NCBI GenBank assembly: GCA_963738405.1
Contig: CAVTWJ010000012.1
Coordinates: forward strand, 32,001 to 96,000
Direction: 5' to 3'
Length of the DNA: 64,000 bases
Source: a candidate division FCPU426 bacterium
Lineage (GTDB): Bacteria; Oederibacteriota; Muellerivitia; Muellerivitales; Muellerivitaceae
Of this stretch, positions 9,534 to 19,220 are shown piece by piece. The position numbers were made by a program, and so were the translations under genes. Under the pieces are notes generated by a model. It was not told the origin of the DNA. It worked only from the letters and a program-made list of their open reading frames with translations, and did no database searches. Each line of letters begins with the position of its first letter. The stretch's first letter is position 1.

Positions 9534-10703
9534 ATGATGGCTTTTTCGTTTCGAACTCCCTCGGATCTCACTCCCAACCCTATTTCCAACCTGATCGATT
9601 CCCTTTCAGAAGAGAAATGGATCGATTTAACGGAGTCCAACCCAACCCACTGCGGCTTCAGCTACCCTCCAACCCTTTTAAAAGACCTTTCGGATCACCA
9701 AAATTTAAGTTATTCCCCCCATTCGGCGGGTATTCCAAGCGCCCGCGAGGCTGTAGCGGCCTATTTAAATGCCAGGGGGTTAACAACCAATGCGGACCGC
9801 ATCCTTTTGACTGCGAGTACCAGTGAAGCCTATTCCTATTTGTTTAAGCTCTTGGGCGAGCCGGGAGATTCCTTTTTGGTTCCGATTCCCGGCTATCCCC
9901 TTTTGGATCATCTCGCGCGTTTGGAATCGGTGCGGCCTATCCCCTATTCATTCAAATACGAGGATGGTTGGCCTCTGGATATAAAAGCTTTCCAAATGAC
10001 AATTAAAGAAAAACATAAAGCCCTAGTGAGTGTTAATCCTCAAAATCCAACGGGCGTCCCATTATCCGACCAGGATCTAGTGTGCGTCTTAAAAGCCTGC
10101 GCAGAGGGACAAATGGCGTTTATTTCGGATGAGGTTTTTTGGGACTTTTTAATCCCCGTCCGCCCATATCGGCGCTTTAACCACCCCGACGTTCTTTCCT
10201 TTCGGCTCGGTGGAATCTCCAAGTCTTTGGGCCTTCCCCAGTTAAAACTCGCCTGGATCGTTATCGACGGCCCGGAGAAATTGGTTTTGGAGGCCAAAGA
10301 ACGCCTCGAATTTATCGCAGATACCTATCTTTCGGTACAAACCCCCGTTCAAACAGCCTTACCCGGCTTGTTTCAATCGGCGGAATCTTTCCAAAGCCAA
10401 GTCCGAACCAGGATCAGTCAAAACAGAAAATGGTTGGAATCAAATCTGAGTGTTTTTCAGGAAAGGGTTCGTTTATGGCCCCTTGAGGGAGGGTGGTATA
10501 ACCTGGTTGAAATCAAGGATTCACCACTCACCGACGAGGAATGGACCTTAAATTTGTTGGAAAAAGAGAAGGTGTTGATCCACCCCGGGTCGTTTTATGA
10601 GTTTCAGGAAGGGTGCTTCGGCGTGATCAGCCTATTGCCGAAACCCAAGGATTTTGAGGAGGGTGTAACCCGTATCGCTCAAAATCTAACGACTATTTTA
10701 TGA
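9534..10703 (+). CDS. PLP-dependent aminotransferase, class I/II
   Basis: NPQNPTG, ISDEVF, GGISKSLGLPQLKLAW (PLP lysine). Confidence 0.9.
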   Translation: MMAFSFRTPSDLTPNPISNLIDSLSEEKWIDLTESNPTHCGFSYPPTLLKDLSDHQNLSYSPHSAGIPSAREAVAAYLNARGLTTNADRILLTASTSEAYSYLFKLLGEPGDSFLVPIPGYPLLDHLARLESVRPIPYSFKYEDGWPLDIKAFQMTIKEKHKALVSVNPQNPTGVPLSDQDLVCVLKACAEGQMAFISDEVFWDFLIPVRPYRRFNHPDVLSFRLGGISKSLGLPQLKLAWIVIDGPEKLVLEAKERLEFIADTYLSVQTPVQTALPGLFQSAESFQSQVRTRISQNRKWLESNLSVFQERVRLWPLEGGWYNLVEIKDSPLTDEEWTLNLLEKEKVLIHPGSFYEFQEGCFGVISLLPKPKDFEEGVTRIAQNLTTIL

Positions 10704-11402
10704 TTTAATTTCCGCCAGCTGTTGAGCGGCCTGTTTGCCCCAGTTGCTATCCGAATATTCCTTGGCGGTCAATTTCAACTCATCCAGCGCCTTATCTTTG
10801 TTTTGATTCTTAAGATAAGCCTCGGCCAGACGAAGGTGAATTTCAGGATTCAGGAAATTTTGAGGCTGGTCCTTTAGAAAGGTTTCAAGCAAAGTGATAG
10901 CTTGGGGCCATTGGCTTTGGGCTTCAAGACAAAGAACCTTCCCCAAATAGGCCTCATCCCCCAACGGGGTACCTTTGAGGGATTGGGTAGCAACATCAAA
11001 GCTGGCATAGGATTGGGGATATTGACCCATAAATAACTGGCATTTCGCCTCGAAAAACTGAGCCACTTTCGCTGATTTGGTTCCCGCGAAATCGGTCGTG
11101 ATGCGGTGAAAGGAATCGAGGGCTTGCTTGTATTTATCACTATCCGATTTAAAAGGACCGTTTTTTGGGTCCACTTGGGCTTGTAGGTAATATTGCGCTA
11201 GATTCAATCCGTTCTGGGCGTCTTTCTCGCTTTGTTCCCTGCTTTGAAGAACATAGGGGATGCCGATCACCAGCAATAGAATCAAAATTCCTCCCACAAA
11301 AACAATTTCTTGATGCGTTTTCGCCCACCCCAAAAGCTTTTGAGTGGTGTTTTCGCTTGAGTGATGGTGAGTGCCGGGCACCGGATGAATAGCTTGTGTC
11401 AT
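10698..11402 (-). CDS. Membrane-anchored TPR protein (YfgM-like)
   Basis: Single N-terminal TM helix followed by TPR-like helices. Confidence 0.75.
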   Translation of the reverse strand: MTQAIHPVPGTHHHSSENTTQKLLGWAKTHQEIVFVGGILILLLVIGIPYVLQSREQSEKDAQNGLNLAQYYLQAQVDPKNGPFKSDSDKYKQALDSFHRITTDFAGTKSAKVAQFFEAKCQLFMGQYPQSYASFDVATQSLKGTPLGDEAYLGKVLCLEAQSQWPQAITLLETFLKDQPQNFLNPEIHLRLAEAYLKNQNKDKALDELKLTAKEYSDSNWGKQAAQQLAEIKS

Positions 11403-11440
11403 ATTGAAAAATCCTTTTCACAATAGTCTTTAAAAGCGAA

Positions 11441-11460
11441 GCCTTCCCTGTCGGGAAGGC
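11441..11460 (-). terminator. Hairpin downstream of tRNA-Arg, probable intrinsic terminator
   Basis: GCCTTCCC-TGTC-GGGAAGGC followed on the - strand by TTCGCTTTT. Confidence 0.5.
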
Positions 11461-11469
11461 CCCATGAGG

Positions 11470-11546
11470 TGGTACCCTCGACGCGAATCGAACGCGTGAC
11501 CTACCCTTTAGGAAAGGGTCGCTCTATCCAACTGAGCTACGAGGGC
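11470..11546 (-). tRNA. tRNA-Arg(CCT)
   Basis: GCCCTCGTAGCTCAGTTGGATAGAGC...TT-CCT-AA...GTTCGATTC...ACCA; 77-nt cloverleaf with encoded CCA. Confidence 0.96.
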
Positions 11547-11579
11547 CCTTCGAAGCAAAAGGGTTTAAAAGCTGAAAAA

Positions 11580-12092
11580 TTAGTAGTGAATTATAGAAAA
11601 AACGGGTGTTGTTTTCAATTTATCCCGGCCCTTCAGAAACTCAAGTTCAATCAAAAAACTGGCTTCAACCACTTGTCCGCCGGCCCTCTCCACTAAACGA
11701 ATCGCTGCGGCGGCCGTTCCGCCAGTGGCTAACACATCGTCCAAAACAACCACCTTCTCCCCAGCTTTAAAGGCATCCTGGTGGATTTGAAGGGTGTCCT
11801 GCCCATATTCCAGGTCGTAGGTTTCGCTGTAGGTTTTCCAGGGGAGTTTTCCGGGTTTCCTTACCGGAACAAACCCAGCGCCCATTCGGCTGGCCAAGGC
11901 CGCGCCAAAAATAAAACCCCTAGATTCCATGGCTACTACTGCGCTAATACCAATTTTTTTGTAGCGTTCTGTCCATTGGTCCAAAACAAAATTCAACGCG
12001 GAGGAATCTTTTAATAAGGGGGTGATGTCTTTAAAAGTGATGCCTGGTTTTGGAAAGTCAGGAACATCGCGGATAAAAGATTTTAAATCCAT
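11580..12092 (-). CDS. apt: Adenine phosphoribosyltransferase
   Basis: PDFPKPGITFKDIT, ESRGFIFG, RKPGKLP, LDDVLATGGT. Confidence 0.97.
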   Translation of the reverse strand: MDLKSFIRDVPDFPKPGITFKDITPLLKDSSALNFVLDQWTERYKKIGISAVVAMESRGFIFGAALASRMGAGFVPVRKPGKLPWKTYSETYDLEYGQDTLQIHQDAFKAGEKVVVLDDVLATGGTAAAAIRLVERAGGQVVEASFLIELEFLKGRDKLKTTPVFSIIHY

Positions 12093-12165
12093 GGACCCTC
12101 CAGGGCCTTGGGATCAGCGTCTATAAAAAGTTGTAGTGAATGCTTTTGATTAACGGAGGGTTATC

Positions 12166-13122
12166 TTACACAAATTCATTGAGGAGTTCATGGTATTCTT
12201 GCTGGCGAGATCTGATCAAAGAACGAATTTTCTGAAGGGCCTTTTCCTCGATTTGGCGGATTCTTTCCCGGGTCACACCCAAAAACTGACCGGTTTGCTC
12301 CAAGGTATGGCATTGGTCCAAATCAAACCCAAAGCGCATTTCAATGACCTTTTGTTCCTTTTCCGACAAGTGATGAATTAGTTTTTTTAATTTTTCAGTG
12401 CGTAATTGATCAAAAACGGTTTCAGCCGGGTTGGCGGACGTTTTGTCCTCGATAAAATCGCCGAAGGATTTGGCCTGGGAGTCATCCCCAAGCGGGCGTT
12501 CCAGAGAGACGTCTTTTTGGGCTAACCGGTGTAGTTTGTGAATTTTTTCAAACTTAATTTTCGCGGCTTTTGATAATTCCAACAGGCTGGGGTCACGGCC
12601 CAGTTTGCGGGTGAGATTCCGGCTGATCCGCTCAACCCTGCTGATATCCTCAGAAACATGAACCGGAACCCGGACGGTCCTGGAGTAATTTGAAAGGGAT
12701 CTGGTGATCGACTGGCGGATCCACCAAGTCGCATAGGTGCTAAATTTAAACCCCCGCCGCCAGGAAAACTTTTCGCTGGCCTTAATCAATCCCAGGTTGC
12801 CCTCTTCAATTAAATCCTGAAAGCTGAGCCCCTGATACATGTATTTTTTGGCGACCTTGATCACTAGGCGCAAATTGGCGGCGATAAGGATTTGTTTGGC
12901 CTTTTCCTCGCCCTTTTCAATTCGTTGGGCTAAATCAACTTCTTCTTTTCCGGTCAGGAGGGGAATTTTGGATATCTCGCGGAAATACAGTTTTAAACTG
13001 TCAGTGGTGACCCGCTCGGCTGTTTTCGGAAACCGTTTAGTGGCGATGGATACCAACTGGGTAACTTGGTCGTTTCCGACCTGTGGTTTAGATGCCAATT
13101 GGATGCCCAAACGTTTGGCCAT
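12166..13122 (-). CDS. Sigma-70 family group 2 (RpoS/RpoD-like) sigma factor lacking region 1.1
   Basis: [44 protein letters not shown]; located next to apt, as rpoS is in several phyla. Confidence 0.92.
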   Translation of the reverse strand: MAKRLGIQLASKPQVGNDQVTQLVSIATKRFPKTAERVTTDSLKLYFREISKIPLLTGKEEVDLAQRIEKGEEKAKQILIAANLRLVIKVAKKYMYQGLSFQDLIEEGNLGLIKASEKFSWRRGFKFSTYATWWIRQSITRSLSNYSRTVRVPVHVSEDISRVERISRNLTRKLGRDPSLLELSKAAKIKFEKIHKLHRLAQKDVSLERPLGDDSQAKSFGDFIEDKTSANPAETVFDQLRTEKLKKLIHHLSEKEQKVIEMRFGFDLDQCHTLEQTGQFLGVTRERIRQIEEKALQKIRSLIRSRQQEYHELLNEFV

Positions 13123-13123
13123 T

Positions 13124-13399
13124 TCAGTACCTAATCGTGAAATCGGAGTATGCTTCCCTCTCTGAAAGCCACTGGAAAGCGAAGGAGTGAACCCTGCTCC
13201 CCAAGGGACCTTCTTTTAAAACTTGCATAAACTGTTCCAAATCCGATTCAGGCCCAAAAGCCAAAACTTCCACATTGCCATCGGGAAGATTTCGAACCCA
13301 GCCCGTCAAACCCCGCGCATCCGCATGATTTTTGGTGAAGTATCTAAACCCCACTCCCTGTACTTTCCCTGAAACAGTAATGGTTATGCCTTTGACCAT
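13124..13399 (-). CDS. acyP: Acylphosphatase
   Basis: [21 protein letters not shown]. Confidence 0.96.
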   Translation of the reverse strand: MVKGITITVSGKVQGVGFRYFTKNHADARGLTGWVRNLPDGNVEVLAFGPESDLEQFMQVLKEGPLGSRVHSFAFQWLSEREAYSDFTIRY

Positions 13400-13523
13400 T
13401 GATGCCTCAATGTTTTTGTCAGTTTTTTGAATAAATAAAATAAATTTGACGTATTAGGCCAAAAAAGCGCTATTTAGAGCGATGCCCAATATTTTTGAGT
13501 TTTATGGAATTTACAAGAAAAAA

Positions 13524-13600
13524 TGGTCGGGGCGGCAGGATTTGAACCTGCGACCTTTTGCACCCCATGCAACTGCGCTACCGAGCTGCGCCACGCCCCG
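13524..13600 (-). tRNA. tRNA-Pro(GGG)
   Basis: CGGGGCGTGGCGCAGCTCGGTAGCGC...AT-GGG-GT...GGTTCAAATCC...ACCA. Confidence 0.95.
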
Positions 13601-13658
13601 ATTTTCCGACCATTAGGAAGGTTGTACATCACTTTTAGGCACTAAAGACAGGCTATCC

Positions 13659-13735
<77 letters not shown>

Positions 13736-13873
13736 TCCAAAGATACCCGGCCAGGTTTGTCCCAGCCATCCGCCTCTCCTTTATTTAAAAGAAAGGCCGA
13801 AAAGGAAACACACTATAAGCCAAAAAGGATGGCGCTTCAAGAACAACAAAAAGGGTTATGTTTTAATGCTTTC

Positions 13874-14329
13874 CTAAGCCAAATTATATTTTTTAAGGAT
13901 TCTTTGAATATCCCTTAACAAAGCTTGAAACTCTAAACCTTTTTCACGCTTGATGGGTTTGGTGGTTAGGGGCTTTTTCTCTTGCGGTATTCCCCTCCCT
14001 CTTGATTCTTGAGCGTTTGAAGCAGGAACTGGTTCCTTTTGGGATGGTGTAGAAATGGTTCCCGATACAGGCAAGGCATTAAAACCTGTCTTTTCAAGTT
14101 CTTCTAATTTTTGTTTCGCTCCGGCAATGGTGTACTTTTCATCATATAAAAGGTTTTTTATTGTTTTTAAAACAAGAAGGTCTTTAGGTCGGTAGACCCT
14201 TTGGCCTGTTTCGGATTTTTGGGGCTTCAACTGGTGAAATTCGGTTTCCCAGTAGCGCAAAACATAGGGCTTCACATTTATTTCTTGAGAAGCTTCTCCT
14301 ATGGTAAAAAAAAGTTTCTCTTCGCCCAT
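13874..14329 (-). CDS. MerR-family transcriptional regulator (ihfA-linked type)
   Basis: FTIGEAS...VLRYWETEF...GQRVY...LLYDEKYTIAGAK; typical ihf-merR-tRNA-Pro synteny. Confidence 0.9.
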   Translation of the reverse strand: MGEEKLFFTIGEASQEINVKPYVLRYWETEFHQLKPQKSETGQRVYRPKDLLVLKTIKNLLYDEKYTIAGAKQKLEELEKTGFNALPVSGTISTPSQKEPVPASNAQESRGRGIPQEKKPLTTKPIKREKGLEFQALLRDIQRILKKYNLA

Positions 14330-14347
14330 TTTTTCTCCGGGTAACAC

Positions 14348-14650
14348 TTAACTTAACTTCGCGCTTTTGAACCTGCTTTTAAGCGATGGCGCCGGGGTAA
14401 ATGACAATGTTTTGCGTTTATTTAAATAGATAACCTTACCCGTTTTTGGGTTTCTGGTTTTTCTCGACAGCCGGGTTTTCCATTGCCAAGAACCTAATCC
14501 AACTATAGTTACTTTTTCTTCCCGCTTCAAGCCATCCAAAATAGTGTCAAAAAATGTCTCCAGAGCCGTTTGAGCTTGATTTTTCTTAAGGCCCAATGAC
14601 ATTAAAGATTTTAAAAACTGATCTCTTTTTAATGGATATTTAGGACTCAT
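14348..14650 (-). CDS. HU/IHF family DNA-binding protein
   Basis: V.IVGLGSW...RKTRNPKTG...LSFTPAPSLK. Confidence 0.85.
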   Translation of the reverse strand: MSPKYPLKRDQFLKSLMSLGLKKNQAQTALETFFDTILDGLKREEKVTIVGLGSWQWKTRLSRKTRNPKTGKVIYLNKRKTLSFTPAPSLKSRFKSAKLS

Positions 14651-15656
14651 GTTCTGGTTTCGGCGACCGGTTTAAGAGACTCTTAACCGCGTCGGATGGT
14701 TTTTTACCTTCAAACATGACGTTATAAACTTCCTGGGTGATGGGTATTTCAACCCCCACCGTTAAAGCCAGGTCGAGGGCGGCCTTTGCCGTATTCATCC
14801 CCTCCGCCACCATAGTCATTTCTTTCAAAGCCTGCTCCAGGCTCTTCCCCTGCCCGATTTTTTCGCCCAATAGCCGGTTTCGGCTGTGGCGGCTGATACA
14901 AGTCACCATCAAGTCGCCAATTCCGGCAAGCCCGGCGAATGTCTGGGGGTTTGCGCCGAGGGCTACCCCTAAGCGGGTCATTTCATAGAGGCCCCGGGTC
15001 ATCAGAGCCGCTTTGGTGTTATCGCCAAGGCCTAGTCCATCTAGTATCCCCGCGGCGATTGCGATCACGTTTTTCAGTGAAGCCCCTAGTTCGACCCCTA
15101 ACAAATCGGGAGAGGTATAAACCCTAAAAAAATCAGCATGAAAGACGGATTGAATCTTTTCGGCCAGCGCAAGGTCATAAGAAGCTGCCACAACCGTGGT
15201 CGGCATCTTTCGCGCGACTTCCTCCGCGTGACTTGGGCCGGATAGGACTCCAATAGGGGTTCCGGGGGGCAAGCTCTGGCTTAATACCTCGGATAAACGC
15301 AGGTGGGTTTTGGGTTCCAGGCCCTTACTCACGCAGACAATCCAGCTTTTGGGGTTCAAAAAAGGTTTCGCCGTTAAGGCTGTCGAGCGTATGGCGCTGG
15401 AAGGTACCGCCATCACCACCCCTGCTGCCTCTTTTAAACAAGTTTCAATGGAGTTTGAAACCACGACCTCTTTTGGCAAATGCGCTTCTGGAATAAGGGG
15501 GTTGGTCCTTTTTTCACTCATTTCTTTGGCCTGTTGGGGATCAAAAGACCATAAATAAACCTGATGTCCATTAGCTTGTAGATGACAAGCCAAGGCGGTT
15601 CCCCAACTTCCAGCGCCTAAGATGCACATTTTCAAGTTATTTGCCCTTTTTTCCAA
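14640..15656 (-). CDS. gpsA: NAD(P)H-dependent glycerol-3-phosphate dehydrogenase
   Basis: GAGSWGTALA, SGPSHAEEV, LKNVIAIAAG, GDLMVTC, SRN, AEG. Confidence 0.97.
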   Translation of the reverse strand: MEKRANNLKMCILGAGSWGTALACHLQANGHQVYLWSFDPQQAKEMSEKRTNPLIPEAHLPKEVVVSNSIETCLKEAAGVVMAVPSSAIRSTALTAKPFLNPKSWIVCVSKGLEPKTHLRLSEVLSQSLPPGTPIGVLSGPSHAEEVARKMPTTVVAASYDLALAEKIQSVFHADFFRVYTSPDLLGVELGASLKNVIAIAAGILDGLGLGDNTKAALMTRGLYEMTRLGVALGANPQTFAGLAGIGDLMVTCISRHSRNRLLGEKIGQGKSLEQALKEMTMVAEGMNTAKAALDLALTVGVEIPITQEVYNVMFEGKKPSDAVKSLLNRSPKPEHES

Positions 15657-16242
15657 AACTAATCGTGTTTTCCTTGCCTTGGGCGATCCGCTTCAAGTTG
15701 GCCCGGTGGGTATACCAAACCATCGCCACCGCAAAGACCGCCAAGAGGATGGACCAATGCTCTGATTGATTAAAAACGAAACTTACAGCCGCCATGGTGG
15801 TAACACCTGTCAAGCTTCCGACCGAAATCATCTTCCAAGCCGAGAGGGCAACCACAAATACGGCCATACCAATCATGCTTGGTATAGGTAAAAGAGTAAA
15901 AAATACGCCCACGCTTACGCCAATTCCCTTCCCGCCCTTGAATTTTAAGAAAGCTGAAAAAACATTCCCCAAGAGAACCAACAGCCCGGCCGCTGCGGGC
16001 AGCCAGTCGAATTGCTGAAAATGTTGGGCCGTTTTGACGGCGATCACGCCCTTGGTAATATCCAGGGCCAAGGTTACGATTCCCCATGGCGCGCCAGCCA
16101 CCCTCCACACATTGGTCATCCCGATATTTCCACTGCCCTTGGCGCGGATGTCATAGCCCTTGAAGGCTTTAATGAGCCAATAGCCTGTTGGAATGGATCC
16201 CAGCAAGTAAACGCCGATCAAAATCAGGATTGCGTAGATCAT
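15637..16242 (-). CDS. plsY: Acyl-phosphate:glycerol-3-phosphate acyltransferase
   Basis: YLLGSIP, GSGNIGMTNVWR, FKGGKG, HRANLKR; der-plsY-gpsA synteny. Confidence 0.96.
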   Translation of the reverse strand: MIYAILILIGVYLLGSIPTGYWLIKAFKGYDIRAKGSGNIGMTNVWRVAGAPWGIVTLALDITKGVIAVKTAQHFQQFDWLPAAAGLLVLLGNVFSAFLKFKGGKGIGVSVGVFFTLLPIPSMIGMAVFVVALSAWKMISVGSLTGVTTMAAVSFVFNQSEHWSILLAVFAVAMVWYTHRANLKRIAQGKENTISFGKKGK

Positions 16243-17702
16243 TTTGTTTTTTTCCTCGTTTTCTTTTTAGCGCTCATATAGGCGTCTTTCTTGACTTTGT
16301 TTTTGGCCCGGTCCTTCCTTAATTTAATGTTGGGGTCGAAATTCCGTCTGTAACTAGGACGGCTAAAGGGATTTTCCTCAACCTTTTCTTTAAGAACAAG
16401 GTGTAAGGGAGACCTTTCAAAACCAAGGCTTTTCCTCAGCTCATCTTCCAAGAAGCGCATATAGGCCGGGGCCATGCTATCGGCGTGACGGGCGAAGATT
16501 TCAATGGCGGGCGGATGGCCCTTGCGCTGATAGCCATAGAGTATTTTTACCTGATTGCCCTTGCGGTAGGGCGGGCCCTGCTTTGAAAGGGCGTCCTGAA
16601 GGGCCTGGTTTACCCTTGAGGTGGGTATTTCCTGGCAGCTTTCTTCAAATACCGACTTGGCCAAGGGCAATACCTTTTCCAACCCCATCCCGGTTTTGGC
16701 TGAAATAAACAATACCGGGGCGAAGTACAAAAGTCTTAATTCCCTCTTGGTGATCCTCTCAGCCCTGGCCTGTTCCGCCGCGGGGGGGTGGATATCCCAC
16801 TTGTTGATCAAAATCACGGTGGGCCGGAAAGCCTCATCAATAATTCTGCTAATGGTGACATCCTGGTGGGTAATTCCCTTTTCGCCGTCCACCAGCATTA
16901 CCGCCACCTGGCAGGTCTGAAGCTCAAAAAGGGCCTGTTCCACGCTCATTTTTTCAATCCGGCTGTCCTGCTGCTTGGAAAGCCTTATGCCCGCTGTGTC
17001 CACCATGGTCAGTGCCGAATCGGCTGTTTCGATGATGACCGGAATGGCGTCATGGGTGGTGCCGGGCATGTCATCCACAATCAGCCTTTTTTCGCCCAAC
17101 AGGGCGTTCACTAGCGAGGATTTGCCCACATTGGGCTTGCCCAATACGGCCAGCCGCATCAGGCGGGGGGGCCCTTCGGCCCATTCCTTTGGCTTTTCAT
17201 CCATTGGAATGCTTAGAATTAATTCGTCCAAAAAGTCGTCGATGCCGATTCCGTGAAGTGCCGAAATGGGGAAAACATGCTTAAACCCCACCTTGGTGAA
17301 ATCCGAAACCATTTCATCGCTCTTATCGTATTCATCCACTTTATTCACGATCAGCCAAGGCTGAACGTTTTTGGTCCGCAAATACCGAATGACGGTTTGG
17401 TCCGAAACGGTCAAACCCTCCATCGCGTCCACCACCATCACCAAAACGGGCACTTTTTTTATTTTTTCATCGAGCATTTGCCCGACTTTATTTGCGATCG
17501 ATTCTTTATCGCCCGGCACCCAGCCTCCGGAATCGGTTAAAAGAAATGTCACGCCTTGCCATTCCACCTCGTGGCTCTTGAAATCACGGGTAGAACCGGG
17601 CTGGCTGTCCACCAAGGCCAGGTTTTTACCGACGAGGCGGTTGAAAAGGGTGGATTTCCCCACGTTCGGACGGCCGATAATTAAAACTTCAGCTTGGGAC
17701 AT
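16239..17702 (-). CDS. der: Ribosome biogenesis GTPase Der (EngA)
   Basis: Two tandem G domains (GRPNVGKS, GKPNVGKS), DTAG, NKWD, KH-like C-terminus. Confidence 0.96.
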   Translation of the reverse strand: MSQAEVLIIGRPNVGKSTLFNRLVGKNLALVDSQPGSTRDFKSHEVEWQGVTFLLTDSGGWVPGDKESIANKVGQMLDEKIKKVPVLVMVVDAMEGLTVSDQTVIRYLRTKNVQPWLIVNKVDEYDKSDEMVSDFTKVGFKHVFPISALHGIGIDDFLDELILSIPMDEKPKEWAEGPPRLMRLAVLGKPNVGKSSLVNALLGEKRLIVDDMPGTTHDAIPVIIETADSALTMVDTAGIRLSKQQDSRIEKMSVEQALFELQTCQVAVMLVDGEKGITHQDVTISRIIDEAFRPTVILINKWDIHPPAAEQARAERITKRELRLLYFAPVLFISAKTGMGLEKVLPLAKSVFEESCQEIPTSRVNQALQDALSKQGPPYRKGNQVKILYGYQRKGHPPAIEIFARHADSMAPAYMRFLEDELRKSLGFERSPLHLVLKEKVEENPFSRPSYRRNFDPNIKLRKDRAKNKVKKDAYMSAKKKTRKKTK

Positions 17703-17713
17703 GTTTCCTCAAA

Positions 17714-18244
17714 TCATTTCATTACGGCAAAATTGCTCAGGGGAAGATGGGTGATCTTTCCGGTTTTATCATCGACGATCTGCGTTTGATAGTAATAAAG
17801 ACCTTCAGGCACTTCTTTAAGGTTCCACAGGATATCAAAAACCTTCTCCCCCTCCTTTTCTATTTTGGCGAAGCCTTCCAGATTATGGTTGTAGATCCTG
17901 ATCCGAACCAAGGATTTGGCGGGTGCCATCACCCGAAAAGACACTTTATCGCCGTAAGCCGGGTTGGGAATCACGGTGACATCGGCTTTGGTGATCTTTG
18001 AGGAAAGGTCAAATTGAAAGGTATCCACCGGCGTAGGGGTGCGGGCGGCCTTAGGGGTTGGGGTTTCCGTGACCGTAGGCGTTAAGGTTTGATCAAGGGC
18101 CTTAGCTTGTGGGGCCTGCAATGAAATGAACAAGAAAATGATATAGGAGATTTTTGTTAAACACTTTTGGGCCGCTGTCAGAATCAAATGACAGGGTTTT
18201 CTTGGTGTCTTGGAGTCTTGGTGGTGAAAAATCCTTATCATCAC
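17714..18244 (-). CDS. Exported PT-rich protein with C-terminal Ig-like (FlgD/secretion-CTD-like) domain
   Basis: Hydrophobic signal-like segment, TPT repeats, VIPNP...IRIYN...W...GLYYY pattern. Start uncertain. Confidence 0.55.
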   Translation of the reverse strand: MMIRIFHHQDSKTPRKPCHLILTAAQKCLTKISYIIFLFISLQAPQAKALDQTLTPTVTETPTPKAARTPTPVDTFQFDLSSKITKADVTVIPNPAYGDKVSFRVMAPAKSLVRIRIYNHNLEGFAKIEKEGEKVFDILWNLKEVPEGLYYYQTQIVDDKTGKITHLPLSNFAVMK

Positions 18245-19179
18245 CCGGTAACCTTCACCATTGCGGCGAGGGTTTTCATGTCTTCCACGTTGGAACTGCG
18301 GGTATCCACGTCGATTTTTTTAACCATAGAGGTATAAACCCTTCCCGGGCCCACCTCGACCCAAGTGCGAAACCCCCTCAATATAACAGCTTTTACCGAC
18401 TCCACCCATTGAACGGGGCTGGAAAGCTGCTTCACCAAAACGGCTCGAACCGCCTCGGGGGTCGATACCATTTCCCCGCCCCGGCAATGGTGAAAGCTGA
18501 TCTTGGGGTTCTTCAGCGCGGTTCCGGCCAAACACTCGTCCAACAGTTTCTCAATAGGTTCTTCCAGCTCCTGGGCCAAGGGCGTAAAGACCGGCCCCCG
18601 ATCCAGTTGAAGGTTGGTTTTGACCTGTTTCACGCCCTGAAGCTCCGCTTGAAGGGATTTCACAGCTTCCCCCGGCCCCCAAACGATAAAGGTTTCGGGC
18701 GAGAGAAAATGGGTAAGGATTAGTTCCCCCTCTTCCCTTTGAAGCAGGGGGGTTAGTTGTTCTTGGGTGATTCCGGTTAAGGATAAAGAATGGCCGCCGT
18801 GCTTTTGGGCGAAGGTTAATAACAGTTCAGCCCTCTTGGCCACAAATTGCACCGCGTTGGCAAAGGGAATGGATTCGGCAACCACCAAAGCGGCAATTTC
18901 TCCCAACCCCACTCCAGTCAATGCCTCGGGTTTGCGCCGATTGGGCACCAGGGGCTCGTAAAAAGCCACATCGTTTAAGAAGGTTGCCAAATGGGCGTTG
19001 AAAAGTTTGTCCTGTTCTTCCTTGGGCCCGAGAAAGCAGACCTTGGCAATTTTCGAGTTTAGAAGTTTCTCGGTGTCATCGTAAAATTTCCGGGCGCCGA
19101 GGGATTTGGCGTAAAAATCCTTCCCCATCCCCACGTATTGGGAACCCTCGTTTGGAAACACCACCGCGATGCGGGCCAT
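18241..19179 (-). CDS. FabD-like (ACP S-malonyltransferase fold) protein with degenerate active site
   Basis: FPNEGSQYVGMG, QLSSPVQW and EVGPGRV match FabD, but GHSxG is replaced by GVGLG and the GAFHS region by GPVFT. Confidence 0.85.
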   Translation of the reverse strand: MARIAVVFPNEGSQYVGMGKDFYAKSLGARKFYDDTEKLLNSKIAKVCFLGPKEEQDKLFNAHLATFLNDVAFYEPLVPNRRKPEALTGVGLGEIAALVVAESIPFANAVQFVAKRAELLLTFAQKHGGHSLSLTGITQEQLTPLLQREEGELILTHFLSPETFIVWGPGEAVKSLQAELQGVKQVKTNLQLDRGPVFTPLAQELEEPIEKLLDECLAGTALKNPKISFHHCRGGEMVSTPEAVRAVLVKQLSSPVQWVESVKAVILRGFRTWVEVGPGRVYTSMVKKIDVDTRSSNVEDMKTLAAMVKVTG

Positions 19180-19220
19180 GAAAACCCCAGTTGAAAAATA
19201 TTGTGGATCTTAAACCAGCC

